Origin: Synechocystis sp. PCC 6803 substr. PCC-P
GTDB taxonomy: Bacteria > Cyanobacteriota > Cyanobacteriia > Cyanobacteriales > Microcystaceae
Length of the DNA: 32,000 bases
Reading direction: 5' to 3'
NCBI RefSeq assembly: GCF_000284455.1
Contig: NC_017039.1
Coordinates: forward strand, 2,310,001 to 2,342,000
In this document: positions 10,301-18,552 of the stretch, piece after piece
How the letters are laid out: every line of letters starts with the position of its first letter
How positions within the stretch are numbered: position 1 is the first letter of the stretch
Position numbers and translations under genes: made by a program
The notes under the pieces: generated by a model
Told to the model about the DNA's origin: nothing
The model's input: only the letters and a program-made list of their open reading frames with translations
Database searches by the model: none

Positions 10301-12462
10301 AGATCTCCCAAAAACTGGGACTGTAGGCTTGGGGGCCACGGATGGCGGCATTGGGCCATGGCTTGGGTTAGCCAATTCTCGGCCTGCCCTAGGGTGGGGG
10401 GAGAGAGAGTTTGGTATTGCAGGGGGGGCAGGGAATGTTCTTCCCCCAGTTGTCCCTTCAACTCTTCATAGAGGTCGGCGATCGCCGTTGGGGGCACAGA
10501 AATTAACAAACGCACACCCTGGGACGGACTGGTGGTCAATAGCCATTGCCACAGTACTTGGGCCAATTCCTGCTGACGTAGGGAAGGACTTTTTTGCCAA
10601 GGTAGGGAGCCGTTTTCTCCGTCCAATACCAACAGCAAGTCCAAAATTGGTAGAGCTTGCAGGGCAGACACCAACTCCGGGGTTGTAGCTTGCCCCAAGG
10701 AAGGCAGACTAAAGCTTTCCCCTAGGTGGACCCATAACTTTTCTGCCCAGTGGGGAGTAAAATCCACCAAAAGCACCCGCTCCGGGGACATTTGTTGCAA
10801 CACTTCCCCCGCCAACCAAGAAGTTTTGCCCACCCCCGGCTCCCCCGTTAGCACCAAAACTGGCGTGGGCTTTTGTTCCCAGACCTTTTGCAGGTCCTGC
10901 CAAGTAAGGGAAACCATCGTTTTTGACTGCACAGCAGACCGAGCCTCCGCCCCACCTCCCAACATTTTTTCTGGTGCTAGGGGATGGCGGCAAATGCGTT
11001 GTTCTGGCCAACAGGGAAGGGGCTTTGGACCAATGAAGGCCCGCTGACCTAAACGGTATTCCCTGGCTTGATATTCCTGGTCAATGGCCAGGGCCGCCAG
11101 CCAATCTTCCAACTGCAAGTAACACTCCCTTAATTCCACCAGAATGGCTAAGTATAGCCGGGGATTATCTTCAAAGGACACCAGGGTTTGGGCCTGGCGC
11201 AGAGTCATTAAGGATTCCCTAATCTGGTCATTGGCTAACTGTACCCGACCGGCAAGGTAATGCAAATTTGCCAAGCAGGGGCGATAATCCCGCTCTTCAA
11301 CCTGCTTAGGCCTGGTTTCAAAGGCTCTTTTTAAAGCTTCCTTGCCCTCATCAAATTTCCATTGCTCCACCAAGGCTTCACAAAGGTAACTGTGGGCTAG
11401 GGAAATTAGCCCCTGTAATTCCAATTCGGTCCAAAGCTTTTCCTGATTGCGCTCCGGGGTGGTGTCTGTGGCGGCAAAGGGGGAAAGTTGATAGAAAAAA
11501 ATCAGGCTGTTTTCGGCGGCCTGCCGCAGTTGCTCCCAGTCTTCTAGTCCTCGCAGGATTTCTCCTAATAGGTTGAGGGTTTCCCCATGGGTGAAGTGCC
11601 ATTGCTGGTTTTCCAGGGCGGCGATCGCCGTTTGGGCATAATTGCGGGTTTGTTGCCAAAGTTGATGGCCGCGACTTTTTTCTCCGTAGGCTTGGAGTAG
11701 GAAAAGATAGCCCAGCCGCAGACTCAGCCAAATAATTGCCTCCGTATCTCCCAGCAGTTCCCAGACATCCAAACTCTCCCGATAGTGGCACTGGGCCTGT
11801 TTTCGGCCCATTTCTCCCCGGCTTTCCCGCGCTAAACCCTGGAGAAGGGATAATTTCGCCTGCAGAAGGCTAATCGGTTCTAGTTCGAGGTTTTGTTTTT
11901 GGTCAACAATTTCGGCCAACCAATGGGGTAAATTGACCAGCATTTCCTGGCGTTTCTCCGGAGCCAATGGTGATGGTTCTAACCACACACACTGCCAGAG
12001 TTCATCGGTGCACTGCTCCAGATCCCCCACCCCCAGGCGCAGATCTAACCAATGGCTTTTGCCGTCCAAGAAAGTCTGTAGGCCGCGAAAAGCTTCTTCA
12101 ATGGTGGGGTCAACTAGTACGATCCAATGGAAATGTCTTTCTCCGCACCGTTGTTGTTTTCCCAGGGCTAATTGGGTTAAAAAAGTTTGGGGATCGGGCT
12201 CTTCCGTCAAGCCGGTGATCAGGATAACATGCCCCGTAAACTGCTCCCATTGTTGCAAAACCCTAGCCAGTTGCTCCTTTTCCCCCGCATCAAAAATTAA
12301 GACGTCACCGGCGATCGCCGTTGTGTACCAATCTTCCACCCACGTGAATTGACCAGCTAGGCAAAAGTAAAGGTTATCCTGGATCGCTGGTTGCCCAACC
12401 CGGTCAGCGAGGGATTGCAAAAGTTCTTGTTGCTGGGTGAGGCAAGATAACATAACAGTCAT
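7381..12462 (-). CDS. Large WD40-repeat protein with N-terminal STAND/NACHT-like P-loop NTPase region
   Basis: 1693 aa; Walker A-like VLVLTGEPGVGKTSWLAGEV, Walker B-like LDLLLVLDGENG, repeat-rich middle section, about 15 consecutive GH...SPDGQ..vTaSaDgTARlWd repeats at the C-terminus. Confidence 0.95.
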   Translation of the reverse strand: MTVMLSCLTQQQELLQSLADRVGQPAIQDNLYFCLAGQFTWVEDWYTTAIAGDVLIFDAGEKEQLARVLQQWEQFTGHVILITGLTEEPDPQTFLTQLALGKQQRCGERHFHWIVLVDPTIEEAFRGLQTFLDGKSHWLDLRLGVGDLEQCTDELWQCVWLEPSPLAPEKRQEMLVNLPHWLAEIVDQKQNLELEPISLLQAKLSLLQGLARESRGEMGRKQAQCHYRESLDVWELLGDTEAIIWLSLRLGYLFLLQAYGEKSRGHQLWQQTRNYAQTAIAALENQQWHFTHGETLNLLGEILRGLEDWEQLRQAAENSLIFFYQLSPFAATDTTPERNQEKLWTELELQGLISLAHSYLCEALVEQWKFDEGKEALKRAFETRPKQVEERDYRPCLANLHYLAGRVQLANDQIRESLMTLRQAQTLVSFEDNPRLYLAILVELRECYLQLEDWLAALAIDQEYQAREYRLGQRAFIGPKPLPCWPEQRICRHPLAPEKMLGGGAEARSAVQSKTMVSLTWQDLQKVWEQKPTPVLVLTGEPGVGKTSWLAGEVLQQMSPERVLLVDFTPHWAEKLWVHLGESFSLPSLGQATTPELVSALQALPILDLLLVLDGENGSLPWQKSPSLRQQELAQVLWQWLLTTSPSQGVRLLISVPPTAIADLYEELKGQLGEEHSLPPLQYQTLSPPTLGQAENWLTQAMAQCRHPWPPSLQSQFLGDLAMEGNGEQQPWLHPIDLQLLGTVLEQEQVTKSADYQGKKLDEWLTLAVQTYLAFLPPHLLKKALQLLKSLADGQQALCLKTEYQLLAALYSAPEPAADNPPEFAQEDIQQLQLLLTLLLRGRLIIVISQATLPYYRLSTTHLAHALQGKSAVISTPALINAGRRGSKSNPNLIAPSPGDRQQGNEDLIAELEAGSSAEEQVVAQKLKAAQLQYQKLVAGINLEKQCQFILKQFLVYPLEALLAAVKTGQDLQKLVTPETPLVQYPSLAPWLSLHSILARINECNRCHHEGPVTVLRISPSMENTPPLVLTATTNGIAYLWSFHGELINVLRGHQEAITALDWSADGQYFATASADHTVKLWQRHGEEVATLRGHEDWVRSVHFSPHHQFLVTSGQDNTARIWNFAGEQLTLCQGHADWVRNAEFNCHGQILLTASRDGTARLWDLEGREIGLCQGHTSWVRNAQFSPDGQWIVTCSADGTARLWDLSSQCFAVLKGHQNWVNNALWSPDGQHIITSSSDGTARVWSRHGKCLGTLRGHDHNIHGARFSLDGQKIVTYSTDNTARLWTKEGTLLTILRGHQKEVYDADFSADGRFVFTVSADQTARQWDISQKDTITLTGHSHWVRNAHFNPKGDRLLTVSRDKTARLWTTEGECVAVLADHQGWVREGQFSPDGQWIVTGSADKTAQLWNVLGKKLTVLRGHQDAVLNVRFSPDSQYIVTASKDGTARVWNNTGRELAVLRHYEKNIFAAEFSADGQFIVTASDDNTAGIWEIVGREVGICRGHEGPVYFAQFSADSRYILTASVDNTARIWDFLGRPLLTLAGHQSIVYQARFSPEGNLIATVSADHTARLWDRSGKTVAVLYGHQGLVGTVDWSPDGQMLVTASNDGTARLWDLSGRELLTLEGHGNWVRSAEFSPDGRWVLTSSADGTAKLWPVKTLPQLLSQGGQWLKNYLTHNALVSPADRPGAKVT
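7440..9400 (-). repeat. Tandem WD40-coding repeats, about 123 bp period, about 15 canonical units plus one degenerate
   Basis: Counted repeats from ITALDWSADGQYFATASADHTVKLW to VRSAEFSPDGRWVLTSSADGTAKLW; the units diverge in sequence but keep near-constant spacing. Confidence 0.9.
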
Positions 12463-12870
12463 CGGTGTGAAGTTAGTACAATTATGGGCAGGGAAAAGCC
12501 TATTCGACCTGTAACATTTTGCTTAATTGACGGTGGGCACTGTGACAAGACTGGGCAAGCCTAGTCAAAAATAGCGAGGAAAGCCCTAGGCGTTAGCTTC
12601 AATTCTAGTGACAATATGTCAGCGTTGACACTGCCAGGGACGGGGATAGGGGGGACTAAATCACCACTAATAACCCGGCTCATTATCCCGAATTTGCCAT
12701 CAAACCAGGCGGCAAAGTTTTTACCAAACAAATTCGGGCGGCTTTTTCCGCATTTCATCTCTGACAAAAATGGCTGGGCTGTATATTTTTCTCTTTACTA
12801 CCAAGGCTTTGGCTACCTAACTAACCATCTCTGGTCACATTTGCCACAGTCAATTCTAAGAACAAGAAAA

Positions 12871-13455
12871 CTATTTAGTGGCGTTGCGTTTTAAGCGTTC
12901 CAATTCCTTTTCCAATTCCCACTTTTTAAATTCCGCTTCCAGGGGGTCTAACTCCCGGCGATAGGTTTCCCCGGTACTGCCTTGATTCCAGCCCATGGTG
13001 TCCGCCGCCCTTCTTTGGGCCTCGGATGCTTTTTGCTCGGCGGCCATTTGTTTAGCCTTTTGTTGTACTTCCTTTTGCCGTTGCTGAATTTCCTGGAGCA
13101 AACTTTGGGCTTGGCTAATCCGTTGTTCTGTCCCCACCCTTTGTCCCCACACCTGATTGCCCTGACGCAGTAAGGTAGCTTCCCTTTCCTGGGCCCTTTG
13201 GGCTAAATCTTCTCGGCCAGCAGCTTTAGCCTGTTGAATGCGGCTATGCCAAGCCTGAATATCCTGAGCTAGGTTGAGAATCTGGGCTTCTTGATCTTGT
13301 TTTTTCCGCTGTAAATCTGTCAGTAGGCGGCGAGCGTCGGCTTCCTGTTCTTTCAACTGTTCCAACAGAGCTTCCAACTCCAAATGGGGGTTGTTCTGTA
13401 AAAACTCTTCCAGACGGTCTTCTAAAAAACGGCCGACATCGTCAAACAAGCCCAT
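12871..13455 (-). CDS. Coiled-coil protein of unknown function (194 aa), possibly the cyanobacterial TIGR04376-type family
   Basis: MGLFDDVGRFLEDRLEEFLQNNPHLELEALLEQLKEQEADARRLL.. long Glu/Gln/Lys-rich heptad-like region, C-terminal KKWELEKELERLKRN. Confidence 0.8.
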   Translation of the reverse strand: MGLFDDVGRFLEDRLEEFLQNNPHLELEALLEQLKEQEADARRLLTDLQRKKQDQEAQILNLAQDIQAWHSRIQQAKAAGREDLAQRAQEREATLLRQGNQVWGQRVGTEQRISQAQSLLQEIQQRQKEVQQKAKQMAAEQKASEAQRRAADTMGWNQGSTGETYRRELDPLEAEFKKWELEKELERLKRNATK

Positions 13456-13689
13456 TGCTACAATCTTCCCAAAAATCTAGTAGGTGCCTTAAAAGCTTTG
13501 TCCTACTCCAAGATACCTTGTTTTTTCTTCCCCCATCGCTGGGAATTAACCAAGCTCCTGACTCTTTTTTGGCGATCGCCAAACTTCATAAAAATTCATG
13601 TACCAAAGATACTTTTCCCTAAAATCTGAATTATCCTGATAGGCAAACTCGGTTAAGTCTGAGCTTTCCGGCGTTAGAACAGGTACACG

Positions 13690-14763
13690 ATGAATATTGA
13701 AGCTAAGCTAAGTCAAGCTCGCTCCTGGCTGGATGAATTGGGTAATGCCATTTCTGATCTGGTGGGGGTTGCGTCAGAAGTATTTGAGGATGAGAAGCTC
13801 AAGCAGGATTTGGCAGATTTTCGCCGAGCCTATGATCAGGCAGTGCTGGATTTGGCTAATCCGAGTTTACGTATTGCTATGATCGGCACAACTTCTTCGG
13901 GAAAGTCAACGATTGTTAACGCTTTAATTGGCCGACGGATTGCGCCTATTGAAGCGGGGGAGATGAGCGGCGGTGTTTTACGGATTAAACATGGTGAAGG
14001 CAGTCACTTAAAGATTGAGGAAACGGAGGGCGCAGTCTGGGAAACGGGAGAATGGTCAGGTTTGAGCGATGAGGAAATTTATAACCGCATCCATCAAGTC
14101 ATGCAGAAGTACCATGAGACTAAAAAAAGGAAAATTTACATTTCACCTCAAATCGAAGTTAGATTACCACTTTTACCTGGTTATGACAGAGCATTATCAG
14201 GTTTACCTGAAGAACTAGCTATTGAATTTGTTGATTTACCAGGATTAAAATCTATCAAAGATAGCAAAAATCTTAAAGTAATCCAGTCTTTAGTTGGAAA
14301 TGCTTTCTGTCTTGTTGCTCTTGATTATTCTCATGTAGATGAGGAGCATAGGCAAGTTTTATTAAATGAGCTAAAAGACGTTGTTGAATATCTACATGGC
14401 TCTACTGAATCAATGATTTTTATACTTAATCGAATTGATCGTCGAAGCTCTGATGATTTTCCACTAAATAAACGCGTAAATCTATTGAAAGATGAAATTA
14501 AATCAACTTTAAAACTGTCTAGTAAGCCATATATTATGCCGTTAAATGCTCTTCTTTTATATAATGCTCAATGTGCTTGGGGATATAATTTTACTGATAA
14601 TTCTTTAAATTGTCATGAGAAATTTAAATCTGACTTTATAAAAAATCTTTTAATAAAAAGTTCTGAAATCATACAAATAAAAGCCCTGGAAAGTGAAGAT
14701 ATTAAGCTTTTTTCGTGGTTTACACATCTTAGTTTATCATTTGCTCAGAAGCAGAAGTGTTGA
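13690..14763 (+). pseudogene. Dynamin-like (YfjP/Era-like) large GTPase, 3' truncated by an insertion element
   Basis: G1 IAMIGTTSSGKSTIVNALIG, G3 EFVDLPGLKS, G4 FILNRIDRR. The last native codon is probably AAG at 14749-14751; the final QKC-stop is encoded by the IS end. Confidence 0.8.
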
Positions 14764-14787
14764 ACGATAGTTATAAAGAGAAAAAAA

Positions 14788-14814
14788 GCCCTTTAAAATG
14801 ATAGAATAAAGGGC
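14788..14814 (-). terminator. Terminator-like hairpin inside the left end of the IS4-type element
   Basis: GCCCTTTA (14788-14795) / TAAAGGGC (14807-14814), 11-nt loop; on the minus strand the stem is followed by TTTTTTT. Confidence 0.6.
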
Positions 14815-14838
14815 AGAAATATTAGAATAATTGAAGAG

Positions 14839-15855
14839 ATGATATCAAATTTTGGACATATTGTCAAAACTTATCTATCTAATTTTCCTAAAGATGACTA
14901 CCCAGTATTAGACACATTTAAGTTTGTGAGTATCTGGTTAGGATTAGTGTTAGACCAGAGCCAGACAAGCATGAGGAGTATGTTTAAAAGACTGAACTTA
15001 CGAGGAGAGACAGTCGATATATCTACATTCTCAAAGGCAAGCAAAAAAAGGGATGTAGGAGTTTTTAGAGAAATAATATTTTCCTTAAAAAAGGAATTGT
15101 CGAAAAGGAAGGAAATTAAGCAGGGAGAATTAGAAATATTTCCTCTCGATTCAACCATTGTCAGCATAACTAGTAAGTTGATGTGGAACCTTGGATTTCA
15201 TCAGGTAAAAGTATTCAGTGGGATTAACTTATCAACAGGGATTCCGGGGGGAATAGTAATTCACTTTGGACAAGGTCATGATAATAAATATGGGAATGAA
15301 ACAATAGAAGAGACTCCAGAAAATGGAGTAGCAGTAATGGATAGAGGATTTTGTGACTTACAGAGAATCAAGAGATTACAAAAGGAGAATAACAAATATC
15401 ATGTATTAAGAATAAAGAATAATATAAAGCTAGAAAAATTAGCCAATGATAACTATATGGTTGGAACTGGAAAGAATAAAATAGAGAGTAGAGTGGTAAT
15501 ATTCACCCATGATAATTCAGAGTTTAGATTGGTTACAAATTTACCTATAGAAAGTAAAGAAATAGAAGGAGTTAGTGATGAAAAAATAGCAGAAATTTAT
15601 AAAAAAAGATGGCAAATAGAATTGTTATGGAAATTCTTAAAAATGCACTTAAAGCTGAATAGACTGATTGCCAAAAATGAGAATGCAATTGGGATTCAAA
15701 TCTATACCTGTATAATTGCTTATTTAATACTAAAATTACTGGTAATCCCAAAAGAAGCAGGTACAACAATGTTAGACAAACTACGTTATTTACAGGCTTT
15801 CATGTGTGAAAAAATAAGCTATGTACACTGGCTAAGGGAGTTAGCACTAAGGTGA
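14839..15855 (+). CDS. IS4-family transposase
   Basis: 338 aa; LDSTIVSI (D), VMDRGFCDL (D), IAEIYKKRWQIELLWKFLKMHLKLNRL (Y-2-R-3-E-6-K type signature of IS4). Confidence 0.88.
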   Translation: MISNFGHIVKTYLSNFPKDDYPVLDTFKFVSIWLGLVLDQSQTSMRSMFKRLNLRGETVDISTFSKASKKRDVGVFREIIFSLKKELSKRKEIKQGELEIFPLDSTIVSITSKLMWNLGFHQVKVFSGINLSTGIPGGIVIHFGQGHDNKYGNETIEETPENGVAVMDRGFCDLQRIKRLQKENNKYHVLRIKNNIKLEKLANDNYMVGTGKNKIESRVVIFTHDNSEFRLVTNLPIESKEIEGVSDEKIAEIYKKRWQIELLWKFLKMHLKLNRLIAKNENAIGIQIYTCIIAYLILKLLVIPKEAGTTMLDKLRYLQAFMCEKISYVHWLRELALR

Positions 15856-16002
15856 TGAATTTGCTTTGCTGTAGGATTATTCTGTCTATTTTTAGGTCGT
15901 ACATAAGTGCGATTCAACGATTCTGGATCAAGTGGTACATGATAATTTTTCAACTAGCTTAGTTTATGCGAACGGGTTGCAAGAATGTGGAGAAATGTCG
16001 TC

Positions 16003-16813
16003 TTAGAATATGTTTGAAAAGTTCAAGGCAAGCTTTCGGAGCATGAGATGGAGCATGGCAACATGAATCATTGTCTCACTGGTGGTAGGTAAATATTCAT
16101 AATCCTTGCTTAAACGACGGTAGCGACCAAACCAAGCAAAGGTACGTTCAACAACCCAACGTCGAGGCAAAACCTCAAAACCCTTTTGTCCATCCTTTTT
16201 GCTGACGATTTCCAAATTCTAGCCAAAGGTCTCATTAACCCAGGCAGTAAAATTCTTACTGCCAAAAGTGCTATCAGTCCATATCAATTGCAGGCACTGC
16301 CATAGAGGAGCAAACCAAGTACCGAGTAGAGTAAGACCTTGGTGGTCTGAGCGATGAGCGCTGTGAGCCACAACGTCGAGAAGTAATCCCATGGTATCCA
16401 CGAGGATTGTACGTTTACGACCATTGACCTTTTTTCCACCGTCATAACCACTTTCTTGTCCAGCGCCAGCCTTTCTTACTGACTGTGAGTGAGTCCAAAC
16501 AACCAGCACTAGGGTTGGCATTTCTTCCGGCCTTAAGTCGAATCTTCTTTCTGAGGATGTGATTCAATTTTTTCCAGGTACCGTCTTCCTGCCACTGTCG
16601 GAAATAACCATAGACTGTTCGCCATTTGGGAAAATCATGGGGTAGAAGTCGCCAAGCACAACCCGCTCTGAGCATGTAAAAAATGGCATTAAGCACTTCC
16701 CTCGGATTAGTTTTCCGTTTTCTTCCCCCACTTTTTGCTTGGGGGAGATTGGATTCTACCAATTGCTACTGGCTATCACTGATGTCGCTGCTGTAAAATT
16801 CTCTCAGTATCAT
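16003..16813 (-). pseudogene. IS5-family transposase, disrupted by two in-frame TAG stops and a frameshift
   Basis: Conceptual product [61 protein letters not shown]...GCLDS/(shift)/QSVRKAGAGQESGYDGGKKVNGRKRTILVDTMG...[78 protein letters not shown]. Stops at 16766-16768 and 16219-16221; shift at about 16486-16493. Confidence 0.88.
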
Positions 16814-16876
16814 TACGGTGAAAATTCTATATTCTTCACCATTTTTCCCAATTATGCCGACTTTTCAAACACGCTC
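16006..16876 (-). mobile_element. IS5-family (IS427-like group) insertion sequence, 871 bp, degenerate copy
   Basis: Termini GAATATGTTTGAAAAGT (16006) and the reverse complement of the right end GAGCGTGTTTGAAAAGT (ending 16876), 14/17 matches; flanked by 3-bp direct repeats TTA at 16003-16005 and 16877-16879. Confidence 0.88.
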
Positions 16877-17129
16877 TTATATGCGACAGGGAGGAGAAGC
16901 ACCATCTTGTTATGTTGGCGATCCTAATCCATCCGAGGCATTTGACTTAGTTTTAGAATGTAGGGCTTCTATACCGGATTGCTACGTTGTCAGTTAATTT
17001 AGACTAGACAAACACAATCTAAATAGTCTGGAAGTTATTTTTCGATTTTTGCAAAAATGACACTTTCTCCTAAAATTTCGTTGCTATCATATAGTTTAGA
17101 GAACTGGCAGAGAATAACCAGAAACTAAT

Positions 17130-17945
17130 TTGAGCCGTACTTATCAAACCCTAGGCATTGTTGTGAAAGGTATGGCCTTTGGGGAATCTGATCGCCTAGT
17201 GACCATTTTCTCGCCGGAGTATGGTTTGATCCGAGCCATTGCGCCGGGGGCTAGAAAACCAAAATCTAGTCTCAGGGGTCGCACCGAACTATTTGTAGTT
17301 AACCAATTTCTGCTATTTGCGGGAAAAAGTTTGGACCGTATCAACCAAGCGGAAACCCAATATTCCTACCCTGGCCTGGGGCAAAATGTTTGTAATTTGG
17401 CGGCGGGTCAGTACTTAATCGAGCTAATCCTGGCCCTCGGGACAGAGGCCAGTGCCCAAACATCCCTGTATGAACTGTTTACCGAACATCTACGACGGTT
17501 AGAAACGGAAGCCACAGTGGAAAATATCTATGGCCATCTAGCCCAAGCATTATTCCATTGCCTCGGGGCAGAGGGCATTGCCCCCCAATTTCATCACTGT
17601 GCCATCACGGCCCAAACTATTAGTCCCAATTTTTACGATCGCCAATGGCGGGTGGGCTTTAGCCCAGAATTGGGGGGCATTGTCGATCTTCGCAGTTCTA
17701 GGGACATGGGCCCCATTCCCCAAATGCGTCGCTTAACAGCTATGGAACTAAGTTTATTGCAACAACTCAACCAACCTGCCCTACCGGACCCCCAACAGTA
17801 TCTACCAGTGATCGCCAGGAAAAATTTTCGCCTCTGGGATTGGGTAAAAGCGGAAAATCTGATGCGCTACTATGCCCAACGTCAATTGGGAAAAAGCTTC
17901 CGGGCCGCTGTTTTACTAGATAGCATGTGGGAGGTGGATTTTTAG
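17130..17945 (+). CDS. recO: DNA repair protein RecO, TTG start
   Basis: 271 aa; MSRTYQTLGIVVKGMAFGESDRLVTIFSPEYGLIRAIAPGARKPKSSLRGRTELF..., typical RecO N-terminal OB fold. Confidence 0.92.
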   Translation: MSRTYQTLGIVVKGMAFGESDRLVTIFSPEYGLIRAIAPGARKPKSSLRGRTELFVVNQFLLFAGKSLDRINQAETQYSYPGLGQNVCNLAAGQYLIELILALGTEASAQTSLYELFTEHLRRLETEATVENIYGHLAQALFHCLGAEGIAPQFHHCAITAQTISPNFYDRQWRVGFSPELGGIVDLRSSRDMGPIPQMRRLTAMELSLLQQLNQPALPDPQQYLPVIARKNFRLWDWVKAENLMRYYAQRQLGKSFRAAVLLDSMWEVDF

Positions 17946-17972
17946 CGTACCTTTCCTCCCCTTGAAGCCCAA

Positions 17973-18185
17973 TTAGTCAATATCAATGCTTTGGGGGCGA
18001 TTATCCTGGGCTGTTTGATTGATATCTGCCCCGGAAAAGTCCGTTACCCCTTGCTTTTGTAACCACTTTTTCAGCGGATCATCGGTCAATTTTAGCCGCA
18101 GCACACCAGACACAAACCCCCCAGCAAAGGCGATCGGCTGTTGACAAAGTTCACGGGTCACTGGCTTAAGTTCTTCAAGAAACAT
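17973..18185 (-). CDS. Small conserved-type hypothetical protein (70 aa)
   Basis: MFLEELKPVTRELCQQPIAFAGGFVSGVLRLKLTDDPLKKWLQKQGVTD...; compact ORF convergent with recO. Confidence 0.7.
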   Translation of the reverse strand: MFLEELKPVTRELCQQPIAFAGGFVSGVLRLKLTDDPLKKWLQKQGVTDFSGADINQTAQDNRPQSIDID

Positions 18186-18414
18186 GGGCGTTAGCTAGTA
18201 AGGTTCAATGGGCGAAAAATTTCGAGACAGTCAGTACCCGCCATTATACCCAATTAGCCTATGGCTAAGTTTGGACAAATACAGCCAAAATCCTTGACCG
18301 ATGGGGCTTTTTTCCGGTAATCCCTTGGCTTTTCCTGTTGAATATCAATTCCAAAGTGCTCCTGAAACCAGGAAAAACATCAACTAAGTCCATTCGCCAT
18401 CTTTCTTTGTGACG

Positions 18415-18552
18415 TTGGGTTGTTGAAGGTACTTTTGCTTGGCTTGGTCGCTATCGTCGTTTGAGTAAGGATCACGAATATTTACCTACGACCAGTGAGA
18501 CGATGATCTATGTTTCCATGTTCAATCCCATGCTCCGAAGGCTTGCCTAAAA
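18415..18552 (+). pseudogene. 5'-truncated IS5-family transposase relic
   Basis: 18415-18552 reads [45 protein letters not shown]-stop, strongly similar to the C-terminus of the transposase at 16003-16813; followed by AACTTTTCAAATGCCTTC, resembling the IS terminus. Confidence 0.87.

Larger units (their letters stand above)
14752..15925 (+). mobile_element. IS4-family insertion sequence, about 1174 bp, imperfect terminal inverted repeats
   Basis: Left end CAGAAGTGTTGAA (14752-14764), right end TTCAACGATTCTG (15913-15925; reverse complement CAGAATCGTTGAA), 11/13 matches, flanking a complete transposase ORF. No direct target duplication seen. Confidence 0.7.
15926..16997 (+). pseudogene. C-terminal remnant of an unidentified protein (possibly of the dynamin-like gene), interrupted by the IS5-type element
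   Basis: 15926-16005 joined to 16880-16997 after removing the IS and one TTA copy gives DQVVHDNFSTSLVYANGLQECGEMSSYMRQGGEAPSCYVGDPNPSEAFDLVLECRASIPDCYVVS-stop, open throughout. Confidence 0.6.

Noticed and set aside
12561-12894. Two overlapping small ORFs (68 and 92 aa) in the gap after the WD40 gene
   Set aside because: No protein-like features, overlapping on opposite strands, no clear start context.
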